Source of the DNA: Nitrosopumilus sp.
Lineage (GTDB): Archaea; Thermoproteota; Nitrososphaeria; Nitrososphaerales; Nitrosopumilaceae
DNA: 50,147 bases
Reading direction: 5' to 3'
Assembly (NCBI GenBank): GCA_029881195.1
Contig: JAOUNB010000001.1
Span: forward strand, 1 to 50,147
In this document: one piece after another, positions 9,445 to 18,442 of the stretch
Layout of the letters: each line of letters begins with the position of its first letter
Numbering within the stretch: the first letter of the stretch is position 1
Made by a program: the position numbers and the translations under genes
Notes under the pieces: generated by a model
What the model was told of the DNA's origin: nothing
Seen by the model: only the letters and a program-made list of their open reading frames with translations
Databases searched by the model: none

Positions 9445-10728
9445 ATGTTTGGTTTTATATCAAAAAATAAAAAATCAAAACATCCAAAAAAAAATGATTC
9501 ATTTTTTGAGATGGAAACAACAAAACAAGTATCAAACAAAAACTTGTACAGTATAGCATCAGTCTATAAAGATTCAAAAGCATTACATCATCAAGAAAAA
9601 ATCAAGAAAATACGACAAGATAAACCAATATCGCCTACTTGCATTCAGGTAGATTTGGAGGCATTTTGCAATGATAATTGTAGTTTTTGCACCACCCGAA
9701 AAGAAAATGGTTACAATAATGAGATGCTAAAACTATTACAAATTAATGGTAAAAAAGAGAGAGAAAATCTTGATGAACATAGGCCCATTGGTATTCGCAG
9801 TAAAATATCACAACTGGATTCTACAATGGCATATTCTTTACCTGAAATGATGGTAAAAGCCCACATTCCAACAATTGAGTTGACTGGTGGCGGCGAACCC
9901 ACATTATGGCCTGCATTTGATACTCTTATACAAAATTTAGCAAAAAAAAATATTGAAATTGGTATTATTACAAATGGGTCAAACATATCAAAATTTAGGG
10001 CAAAACTGGTGGCAAGAAACTGCACTTGGATTAGGTTTTCTATGGATGCGTCAAACCAAGATTTACATAAAAAAATACACAGAACTCCAAACTATGATTT
10101 TGACAAAAGAATCAATTCAATAAAAAATATAATTAAATCTAGAAATAAAAGAATTGTAACAGGAATATCATTTGTGATTACCCCTCTAAACGTATTGGAT
10201 ATTGAAGAGTCTTGTAAATTTTACAAGAGAATTGGGGTAGACTATATTCGATTCACGTGGATTTATGACAAGACAGGCAATGGGGGGTTTTCAAATGATG
10301 AAATTAATTATATGAAAAAATTGCTTTCAAAATGCAAGGGAAAGTATGACGGTGAAAGTTTTGAAGTAATATATGATAATTACCGAGTTGAAATGTATTC
10401 TCGTCCAAACAATGATTTTGTAAAATGCCACATGCAGAAATTTGTGTGGAGTATAGGAGCTAATGGCATGGTATACCCATGCTGCATTCAAAAATGCAAT
10501 TCAAGTTTTGAGATGGGAAACATACAAGAAAAAACACTCCAACAAATCGTAGAGGATCAATTTACAATTCAAAAAATGAATGATTTGGATCCTTTAAATT
10601 GTAATCCATGTTGGTTACGAGAGAAAAATAAAATGATTGATAGAGTTGTCAGTGCAGATAATAACACGGACACGTCACTTGTATCAAATTATGACATCAG
10701 GAAACCACTTCATGTGAACTTTGTATAA
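9445..10728 (+). CDS. Radical SAM protein with SPASM/twitch-like domain
   Basis: CNDNCSFC, GGGEP, C-terminal C...G.VYPCC...CNPC; ATG at 9445 chosen over TTG 9385. Confidence 0.88.
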   Translation: MFGFISKNKKSKHPKKNDSFFEMETTKQVSNKNLYSIASVYKDSKALHHQEKIKKIRQDKPISPTCIQVDLEAFCNDNCSFCTTRKENGYNNEMLKLLQINGKKERENLDEHRPIGIRSKISQLDSTMAYSLPEMMVKAHIPTIELTGGGEPTLWPAFDTLIQNLAKKNIEIGIITNGSNISKFRAKLVARNCTWIRFSMDASNQDLHKKIHRTPNYDFDKRINSIKNIIKSRNKRIVTGISFVITPLNVLDIEESCKFYKRIGVDYIRFTWIYDKTGNGGFSNDEINYMKKLLSKCKGKYDGESFEVIYDNYRVEMYSRPNNDFVKCHMQKFVWSIGANGMVYPCCIQKCNSSFEMGNIQEKTLQQIVEDQFTIQKMNDLDPLNCNPCWLREKNKMIDRVVSADNNTDTSLVSNYDIRKPLHVNFV

Positions 10729-10729
10729 A

Positions 10730-11533
10730 ATGTTTGTTGTCAGAAAATACCATGGGGTAATTCTTGTTTTCATTTTTAGTGTATTTTTTGGTACGGTAAA
10801 TGCTAATGCAGAAAATCCTGCAACAGATAATGGTTTAGAATTGTGGGATTTTGATATCAAGGAACTTGAAATTTCTTACAATGAAAATTGGTTTTATGGA
10901 GATACTGCAACAATAAAACTTTTGATCATCAACGAATCTAACAGAGTTGCATCATCATATATTGACATCAATTTATTCTCAGATAATGGACGAGTAGTTG
11001 CAAGCAATTCTGAACTTGACATCTATTTTCTTAAGGACATGTCACCAGGGGAGACCATTACTAGACAGATAACCATATCTGATTTTGACTTATCTCAGTT
11101 TAGTGCTCTAAATGTCAACATAACTTCACCTTCACAAGCCCACATTTTTGATTCTAAACTTGTTCATCTGGATGAATTCAGACCTGAAAAAGTAAACCAT
11201 CCTTTTTTTGATATTGGGATTATTATTGGAATAACTTCTCTCATTATGACTATAATTGGAGTGATGGTGAGAAATTCTAATTTAGAATCTTTCCTTCCGG
11301 TGATTTTTGTTATTCCTGTATTTTTTATTGCGGGTCATATTTTTGGCATACCCCAATTGGTGTCATCTTTATTTTTTGAGAGTTTAGGACTCTCATTTTA
11401 CTGGTTAGCTCAAGAGATGGCTTTTTTTGGGATAATTCTAGGTATTGGATTTGCATTGTGGTTACACATCCAATTAGTTAGAAAGTTAGAAAGAAAATTA
11501 ACACTTGGTAGAGGTGTAAAAATATCACTCTGA
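10730..11533 (+). CDS. Membrane protein with signal peptide, extracellular beta-rich domain and about 3 C-terminal TM helices
   Basis: Hydrophobic N-terminus ending ANA-E; three hydrophobic C-terminal stretches; ATG 2 nt after the radical SAM stop. Confidence 0.65.
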   Translation: MFVVRKYHGVILVFIFSVFFGTVNANAENPATDNGLELWDFDIKELEISYNENWFYGDTATIKLLIINESNRVASSYIDINLFSDNGRVVASNSELDIYFLKDMSPGETITRQITISDFDLSQFSALNVNITSPSQAHIFDSKLVHLDEFRPEKVNHPFFDIGIIIGITSLIMTIIGVMVRNSNLESFLPVIFVIPVFFIAGHIFGIPQLVSSLFFESLGLSFYWLAQEMAFFGIILGIGFALWLHIQLVRKLERKLTLGRGVKISL

Positions 11534-11617
11534 GGAAATATAATTTGTGGAATGAGAAAAACATTATTTTATCTCGAAAACAAAAAACAACAAAGAATTG
11601 TATTTTAAAAAAATTGG

Positions 11618-12652
11618 TTGAGGAATATAGAAAAAATTCACAAGCTGACTATGAAGCAATTACAAATATTACAATACAGAGGTATCAACTTGGATAAACG
11701 TAGTAAAAGAATGAATGGATTTATCGTACTGATATTTTTTCTAGTATCTCTTTTGATTGATGTGATCCTTTCAATTATTAATGAAGGCAAAATAACTATT
11801 CTTTTTCTTTTATTGTTTGTTGTAGTAGCTGGTGGCACATATTTGTGGAGATTGATTCTACATGTAATATATAAAATCAAATCTGAAAAGAAATCCGTAT
11901 CTTATGAGATATGTGTTAAAGGTGTAGACTTACTGAGCAGACATAACTATTCTGGGGCCATATCTGAATTTGATAAAGCGATTGCAAAAGATCCAAACTG
12001 TTACGAAGCCTTTGCCGATAAAGGAGTTGCGTTATCTAAACTAAACAGGCATGAAGAAGCTATATCTGAATTTGATAAAGCGATTGCAATTAAGCCTGAT
12101 CATGTAGAATCTATCTATAACAAAGGTTTTGTGCTATCTAAACTAAAAAAATACAAGGAATCTATACCTGAATTTGATAAAGCGATTGCAATTAAGCCTA
12201 AACACTATTACGCTGTCATTAACAAAGGAGTTGCGTTATCTAAACTAAACAGGCATGAAGAAGCTATATCTGAATTTGATAAAGCGATTGCAATTAAGCC
12301 TAAGAATAAGGATGCTATTTTTAACAAAGGGCTTGCCTTGTACTACGCCAAGAAATATGAAGATGCAATAAGAGTTTTTGACTTAACTATGAAGATTAAT
12401 CCAAATTTTTCTGGTTCATTTTATAGAAAAGGAACTGCACTATCTAAACTAAACAGGCATGAAGAAGCTGTATCTGAATTTGATAAAGCGATTGCAATAA
12501 CTTATGACTTCCCTGAGGCTTGGTATGATCGTGGCTTATCTTTGAACAGATTGAAACAACATGACAAAGCAAAACATAGTTTTGGACAAGCATTAAGATT
12601 ACGACCCGATAATTCTGATTACAAAAAAGCCGTTGATGACTTTGAAAAATAA
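11618..12652 (+). CDS. Membrane-anchored tetratricopeptide repeat protein
   Basis: Two TM helices then about seven 34-aa repeats KGVALSKLNRHEEAISEFDKAIAIKP; start uncertain. Confidence 0.88.
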   Translation: MRNIEKIHKLTMKQLQILQYRGINLDKRSKRMNGFIVLIFFLVSLLIDVILSIINEGKITILFLLLFVVVAGGTYLWRLILHVIYKIKSEKKSVSYEICVKGVDLLSRHNYSGAISEFDKAIAKDPNCYEAFADKGVALSKLNRHEEAISEFDKAIAIKPDHVESIYNKGFVLSKLKKYKESIPEFDKAIAIKPKHYYAVINKGVALSKLNRHEEAISEFDKAIAIKPKNKDAIFNKGLALYYAKKYEDAIRVFDLTMKINPNFSGSFYRKGTALSKLNRHEEAVSEFDKAIAITYDFPEAWYDRGLSLNRLKQHDKAKHSFGQALRLRPDNSDYKKAVDDFEK

Positions 12653-12951
12653 CTAATCTTGAACACACAATTAAGAACTTCATAATCTTGTATAGGATTA
12701 TGAAAAAACAGTAAAATATCATGTTTAGTCAAAACTTTTCCCAGTATTGAGTATCGTAACTTTCAGATAGTATTTTGTCTCAATTTTGGGTTCAAGTCGT
12801 TAAAGGTTTGAATCCATATTGAGATTAACTTGAGATCAAATGATTATTTTAGATAAAAATTTCTTTTAAATTATTTCTTAGGTGTCATTATCAAGATCTT
12901 GTTCAGGTGCTCTTTCGGGCACGTTAATTTTCGCCGGCCTGTCCTAACCCC

Positions 12952-12984
12952 GTACATGTTGTGCTCCCAGTCAAATTTGAACCT
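12952..12984 (-). other. Putative casposon target site: tRNA 3'-end-like sequence, predicted TSD 12952-12966
   Basis: Minus strand AGGTTCAAAT TTGAC TGGGAGC A CAACATGTAC|GGGG: T-loop motif, acceptor-like 3' strand, then element start. Confidence 0.6.
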
Positions 12985-13067
12985 TCAAAAAATATTACCT
13001 TATATCATTTTCTAGAATCACTTTAGACACAGGTACAATTTTACTCATAAAGAGGGACGTACTCATT

Positions 13068-14081
13068 TTACATATTATCTGTAATTTGTTTCGTAAATTC
13101 AGAAGTAGACATATTTCCACCAATATCTTTAGTTTTAACACCTAATTTCACTAAATTGAAAATTGTTGATTCTAATTTTTGCCCAACCTCAATGCATTTT
13201 GAATCACTGTGTTTATTTCCCAACCAATCCAACATCATTTTAATGGATAGTAAAAATGATGAAGGATTTGCAATATTTTTTCCCGCAATGTCAAATGCAG
13301 CTCCATGAACAGGTTCAAACAATGCAAAATCATCACCAATATTTGCAGCTGGTGCCATTCCCAATCCCCCAACAACCTGAGATGACTCATCAGATAGAAT
13401 ATCTCCAAATAAATTAGTGGTAACTATGACATCGAATTTTTCAGGTTGGCGAATCAAATTCATAGCACATGCATCTACATACATTTCTTCAAATGTAATG
13501 TTAGGATAATCTTTTGATATTTCAGTGCATGATTTTGCAAATAACCCGTCAGTGATTCGCATAACATTTGATTTATGAACACATGTTACCTTTTTCACAG
13601 CATCTCGTTGTGTGGCAATTTCAAATGCATATTTTGCAATACGTTTTGATGCATTTTCTGAAATTATTCTCAATGCAACAGCAGAATTTCCTAAACTGAA
13701 TTCCTTCCCGGTATAAAGATCTTCAGTATTTTCTCGAACAATCACCATATCAACATCATCACGTAATGCAGGCATGTGTGGGTATGATTTTGCAGGTCTG
13801 ATATTTGCATAAAGATCAAGCATTCGTCTTAACACTACAATCACATCAGCTGCACTCTCACCTACAGGTGCTTTCATGCACGCGTCAGATTGTTTGATTT
13901 TATTGATTGTCTCATAGGGTAGCGCATTGCCAGTTTCTGCAAGGGCCTTATCTCCAGCAGATAATTTTGTGATTTCAAATTTTAAGTCAAATTTATCATT
14001 AATTGTGTTTAATACTGAAATTGCTGATTCGGCTAATTCAGGTCCAATCCCATCACCAGTAATCAACGAGATTTTATACAT
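13068..14081 (-). CDS. leuB: 3-isopropylmalate dehydrogenase (isocitrate/isopropylmalate DH family)
   Basis: GDGIGPE, RENTED, NLFGDILSD, EPVHG motifs; downstream of leuA. Confidence 0.88.
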   Translation of the reverse strand: MYKISLITGDGIGPELAESAISVLNTINDKFDLKFEITKLSAGDKALAETGNALPYETINKIKQSDACMKAPVGESAADVIVVLRRMLDLYANIRPAKSYPHMPALRDDVDMVIVRENTEDLYTGKEFSLGNSAVALRIISENASKRIAKYAFEIATQRDAVKKVTCVHKSNVMRITDGLFAKSCTEISKDYPNITFEEMYVDACAMNLIRQPEKFDVIVTTNLFGDILSDESSQVVGGLGMAPAANIGDDFALFEPVHGAAFDIAGKNIANPSSFLLSIKMMLDWLGNKHSDSKCIEVGQKLESTIFNLVKLGVKTKDIGGNMSTSEFTKQITDNM

Positions 14082-14113
14082 AATATTTCGTTAAAAGAAG
14101 GGAATTTTAGGAT

Positions 14114-15628
14114 TTAGTTGACTTGTTTTTCTTGAATCATCTTTTTGAGCATGATTCTATTGATGGCATCAATTACGGCTTTAACTGAAGTAGTTACAAT
14201 ATCTTCACCAACTGATTTTGCAGATACCTTATTTCCTAGTGCATCTTCAACCTTTACTGTAACTTCACACAATGCAGAAGAACCACCAGATATAGAAGCT
14301 AAGCCGTAATCTTTGATTCTAATTTCTGAAATCTTCCCAGTAATCTTTTGAATTGCATTAAATGCAGCATCTACTGGACCTACACCATAATCAGTCCCAA
14401 TATGATCTTGTCCATCAATGTTTAGTTTTACAAATGCATAAGGCATTGTTCCAATACCTGTTGATACTGAAAATCCAGTTAATTGAACAATTCTCTTGAG
14501 TTCTTTTTCTCCTAGAACATCACTGGCAATAGAGAGTAGCTCTACATCAGTGATTTGTTTTCCTTGATCACCTAACACTTTAACTTTGTCTAAGATTTGT
14601 TTTGACTGCTCTTCAGTAGGTTTAACTCCATATTCAACAAGCATTGCATTCATTCCATGAACTCCAGCATGTTTTCCAACTTGGAGCCATCTTTTTCTTC
14701 CAACTAATTCAGGACTGATAGGTTCGTACGTGAGAGGATTACTCAAGACCCCATGTGTATGAATGCCAGATTCATGACCAAATGCATTAGCACCAACAAT
14801 TGCTTTGTTTGGTTGAACCATAATACCAACAGTCTTTGAGATAAATCTGGACGTATCATAAATTAATTCAGATTTGATATTAGTTTCGTATTTTTGATCA
14901 TATGGCAAACATTTCAATGCCATGGAAAGTTCTTCTAACGATGCATTTCCTGCACGTTCACCAATACCATTTATTGTAACATGCGCACATGATGCCCCTG
15001 CATGAATTCCAGATAATGAGTTTGCAACTGCTAATCCAAAATCATTATGACAATGAACACTTACTGGAAGTTTTGTAGCATCCACTGTATCTCTAGTTAT
15101 TTCTGCCATGTATTCAGGAGTACAGTATCCCACAGTATCAGGAATGTTAACTCGGTCAGCACCTGCTTTTGCCACTTCACCAAATACTTTTTTCAAGAAT
15201 TCCCTGTCAGTTCTCGTAGCATCTTCAGCTGAGAATTCGACTTGCAATCCATGAGATTTTCCATATTCAACTGCTTCAATTGCTTTTTCAAGTGCTTGAT
15301 CTCTAGTCATTTGGAGTTTGTACTCTAAGTGAATGTCAGATGTTGCAATGAATGTATGAATATAATTTAATCCAGCGTCAATTGCAGCATCAATGTCTTT
15401 CTTGATTGTCCTAGTTAATCCTGCAATCTCGCAAGATAATCCTTCATCTGTAATCATCTTAACTGCTTTAAATTCACCTTCTGAAATTACTGGAAAACCA
15501 GCTTCAATTGCATCAACGCCTAATTCATCAAGTTTTTTTGCGATTATTAATTTTTGATCCGGAGACAAAGATACTCCGATGGTCTGCTCTCCATCCCTTA
15601 ATGTTGTATCAAATATTCTAACGTTCAT
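14114..15628 (-). CDS. leuA: 2-isopropylmalate synthase (LeuA/CimA family)
   Basis: DTTLRDGEQ, HCHNDFG, GERAGN, HESGIH; C-terminal regulatory domain. Confidence 0.88.
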   Translation of the reverse strand: MNVRIFDTTLRDGEQTIGVSLSPDQKLIIAKKLDELGVDAIEAGFPVISEGEFKAVKMITDEGLSCEIAGLTRTIKKDIDAAIDAGLNYIHTFIATSDIHLEYKLQMTRDQALEKAIEAVEYGKSHGLQVEFSAEDATRTDREFLKKVFGEVAKAGADRVNIPDTVGYCTPEYMAEITRDTVDATKLPVSVHCHNDFGLAVANSLSGIHAGASCAHVTINGIGERAGNASLEELSMALKCLPYDQKYETNIKSELIYDTSRFISKTVGIMVQPNKAIVGANAFGHESGIHTHGVLSNPLTYEPISPELVGRKRWLQVGKHAGVHGMNAMLVEYGVKPTEEQSKQILDKVKVLGDQGKQITDVELLSIASDVLGEKELKRIVQLTGFSVSTGIGTMPYAFVKLNIDGQDHIGTDYGVGPVDAAFNAIQKITGKISEIRIKDYGLASISGGSSALCEVTVKVEDALGNKVSAKSVGEDIVTTSVKAVIDAINRIMLKKMIQEKQVN

Positions 15629-16107
15629 GCCCCACCCCTTTGTAAAGCAGCAACTCCAGTTCGTGCCATGTCAATGATTCCAAATGGTTTTGCTAATTCC
15701 TCAAAGGCATGAATTTGATCGGGAGTGGCAGTCAGTTCAACCATAATTGAATCCTTCTTTACATCATGAACTTTACCCCCATACGCATTTGCTAATTTGT
15801 TAATCTCCATGCTATCACTAGCATTGCTAAGTTTTATCTTAAAAAGACAAAGTTCTCTATATACTGTCTTGTGCTCATCCAATTGTTCAACTTTTACTGT
15901 ATCAATCATTTTATCTAGTTGTTTTACGATTTGTTCTACTTGTTTTTCGTCACCATATGTGGTTATAGTCATCTTAGAATAATCTGGATTATCAGTCACG
16001 CCAACGGAAATACTATCAATATTGAAATTTCTAGATCGGAAAAGATGAGTTACCTTAAACAAGATTCCAGGTTTGTTTTGAACTAAAATAGAAAGAATTG
16101 CCCACAT
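15625..16107 (-). CDS. ilvN: Acetolactate synthase small subunit
   Basis: ACT domain NKPGIL...NIDSISVG; ARTG C-terminus. Confidence 0.92.
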   Translation of the reverse strand: MWAILSILVQNKPGILFKVTHLFRSRNFNIDSISVGVTDNPDYSKMTITTYGDEKQVEQIVKQLDKMIDTVKVEQLDEHKTVYRELCLFKIKLSNASDSMEINKLANAYGGKVHDVKKDSIMVELTATPDQIHAFEELAKPFGIIDMARTGVAALQRGGA

Positions 16108-16116
16108 GATACACCA

Positions 16117-17829
16117 CTATGATGGTAAAATCATTTCCGAAAGTGAAGTTCCAGGAGCTACAAATGGCAATACGTCTTCTTCAGGATCAATTGGAATGTC
16201 AATGACTGTTGCAACATCACTACTCAAAGCAGTTTTGATTGCCTTGTCAAGTTCATCTATAGATTGTGCTCGTATTCCCTGCGCACCATAAGATTCTGCT
16301 AATTTAACATAATCAGGACAATGACCTTGATCAACTCCATTCATTCTTCTGTTATAGAAAGTTCTCTGCCATTGAGCAACCATTCCCAGGGAAGAGTTGT
16401 TTAAGAGAAACACAATCACAGGAATATCTTCTAACACAGCAGTTGCAAGAGAATTTTCGGTCATACTAAAACTACCGTCACCTGCAATGTCAACTACAGG
16501 AACATTAGGTTTTGCCACTTTTGCGCCAATAGCTGCAGGAAATCCCCAACCCATGGTACCAAGACCAGTAGAACTAAAAAAAGTTCCAGGTTGAATTACA
16601 TCATAGAATAATGATGCCCACATTTGGTGTTGCCCTACTTCGGTTGTAACAATAGACTCTGAAGGTAACAATTCACGGAGTTTACGTAAAATTTTAGCAG
16701 CACCCATTTCACCAGGATAAAGTTTCAAGTTTTCTTTCCAGTATGATTTAGTCTCTTTAACATGTTTAATCCAAGGAGTTTCTTCCGTTTTTTTGATAGC
16801 TCGCTGTAAAAGTAATTTCACCATGATTCTAAGAGAAGATCTAACATCTCCAACGACGGCGATTTGTGCAGTTTGGTTCTTTCCAATTTCTGCAGGGTCT
16901 ACATCCATATGAATAATTTTTAATCTCTTTTCAAATTCTTCAAATGTACCCACAGATCTATCTGAAAATCTGGTCCCTATTGCCAGCACACAGTCAGCTT
17001 CGGCCATCATTTTGTTTGCCTCTGCATGGCCATGCATTCCAATTGGACCTAATGATAAAGGATGATTTTCAGGAAATGCACCTTTACCTTTGAAAGTGGT
17101 TACCACAGGAAGCATCAAGGCTTCTGCAATTGCCTGTAATTCAGCAAAAGCTGATGAAATAATAGTTCCACCACCAGCTAGGATAATTGGTTTTTCTGAA
17201 TGAAGCAACATATCAATTGCTTTTTCGACATTTGTAATATCAGGATCAGCCCAAGGGTGATACCCTTGAATTTTGAATTCATCAGGAAATATCATCTCTG
17301 CTTCATTTATTTGAACATCTTTTGGAATGTCAATTAATACAGGTCCAGGTCTTCCAGTTTCTGCAATGAAAAACCCTTTTTTCACAGATTCTGGAATTTC
17401 AGCAGCTGTTCTCGGTTGGAATGCATATTTTACAACAGGGTTTGCCATTCCAATAATATCACTTTCTTGAAATGCATCTCGGCCAATCATTGCTACAGGG
17501 ACTTGTCCCGTTACTGCAATCATTGGCGCAGAATCTGCCTGTGCTGTTGCAATTCCAGTTAAAATGTTTGTAGCGCCAGGTCCAGATGTTGCAAAACAAA
17601 CTCCAGGTTTTCTGCTAACTCTACCAAATCCATCAGCCATATGAGCTGCTGATTGCTCATGTCTTACCAAGATATGTCTAATATCGCATCTAGCAAATTC
17701 ATCATACATTGGAAGGTTTGCACCTCCAGGTAATCCAAATACTTGTTTTACGCCTTCTTTTTCCATAGCCATCATCAAGGCTTTTGCACCAGTCATGCTT
17801 TCCATTTTATTCATTAAATCACTCTCCAT
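16117..17829 (-). CDS. ilvB: Acetolactate synthase large subunit
   Basis: FGLPGGA, RHEQ, TSGPGATN, GDGSF TPP-binding motif. Confidence 0.95.
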   Translation of the reverse strand: MESDLMNKMESMTGAKALMMAMEKEGVKQVFGLPGGANLPMYDEFARCDIRHILVRHEQSAAHMADGFGRVSRKPGVCFATSGPGATNILTGIATAQADSAPMIAVTGQVPVAMIGRDAFQESDIIGMANPVVKYAFQPRTAAEIPESVKKGFFIAETGRPGPVLIDIPKDVQINEAEMIFPDEFKIQGYHPWADPDITNVEKAIDMLLHSEKPIILAGGGTIISSAFAELQAIAEALMLPVVTTFKGKGAFPENHPLSLGPIGMHGHAEANKMMAEADCVLAIGTRFSDRSVGTFEEFEKRLKIIHMDVDPAEIGKNQTAQIAVVGDVRSSLRIMVKLLLQRAIKKTEETPWIKHVKETKSYWKENLKLYPGEMGAAKILRKLRELLPSESIVTTEVGQHQMWASLFYDVIQPGTFFSSTGLGTMGWGFPAAIGAKVAKPNVPVVDIAGDGSFSMTENSLATAVLEDIPVIVFLLNNSSLGMVAQWQRTFYNRRMNGVDQGHCPDYVKLAESYGAQGIRAQSIDELDKAIKTALSSDVATVIDIPIDPEEDVLPFVAPGTSLSEMILPS

Positions 17830-18036
17830 AATTTTAACCTAGTAAATTTTATTCAGTTTATAGTAGAACGACAAAAAATAAATTTTTTTCAAATGTTACT
17901 GTTAATTTTCTACTCATAGAAATCATAAAAATATTCAATTGATAATTAATAAAGATTTTCTGAAAAATCATCATTTTTCATGTATGGCCACACATAAGAC
18001 TTAAACTGATATTTTCCACATTCAATATGAGTTATT

Positions 18037-18438
18037 TTGACAGATAATGAAGAAATTATCAAAATTATTGAAACATTATTTCAGGCAGGAGTATCAAAGG
18101 ACCTTACAGTATTAAGAAGCATTCATCTTGATGATCCAAAGTTTTCTAGTTTCAGCGATTTGCCACCTTATGATTTGAAAAATTATCAAAACACCATTGA
18201 ATTGGAGGAATTAAAATTTGTAAGCATTTCAGATTACAGTTATGAGATAAAAAATCCAAAAATTAGCATTTTTGGAGATGCTGCAATAGTGGCAATGGAA
18301 TTGATTCAGAAAGGAATGTTAGTAGACACTAAAGCATACACAGGAGAATACATGATCATAACTGGACGGGCCACATTTGTGTTAGTAAAACAGCCAACAT
18401 GGAAAATCGCGCATATCCATCTATCAAAAATTGGATGA
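18037..18438 (+). CDS. NTF2/SnoaL-like fold protein
   Basis: Size and GRATFVLVK...WKIAHIHLS terminus. Confidence 0.7.
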   Translation: MTDNEEIIKIIETLFQAGVSKDLTVLRSIHLDDPKFSSFSDLPPYDLKNYQNTIELEELKFVSISDYSYEIKNPKISIFGDAAIVAMELIQKGMLVDTKAYTGEYMIITGRATFVLVKQPTWKIAHIHLSKIG

Positions 18439-18442
18439 GGTG

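Larger units (their letters stand above)
1..12951. mobile_element. Casposon, family 2-like; left end not in window
   Basis: Solo Cas1 with C-terminal HTH, PolB, HNH and HTH genes, no cas2 or CRISPR array; ends in CCCC at 12948-12951 next to a tRNA-3'-like target; host leuB follows. Confidence 0.88.

Noticed and set aside
12880-12955. TPP riboswitch, SRP RNA or RNase P RNA in the GC-rich segment
   Set aside because: Partial likeness (ACCTGA...GATAATG) but no CTGAGA core or other diagnostic motifs; better explained as the element end
12955-13030. Intact tRNA gene at the casposon junction
   Set aside because: Only a T-loop and acceptor-like 3' strand; no D arm, anticodon arm or pairing 5' strand
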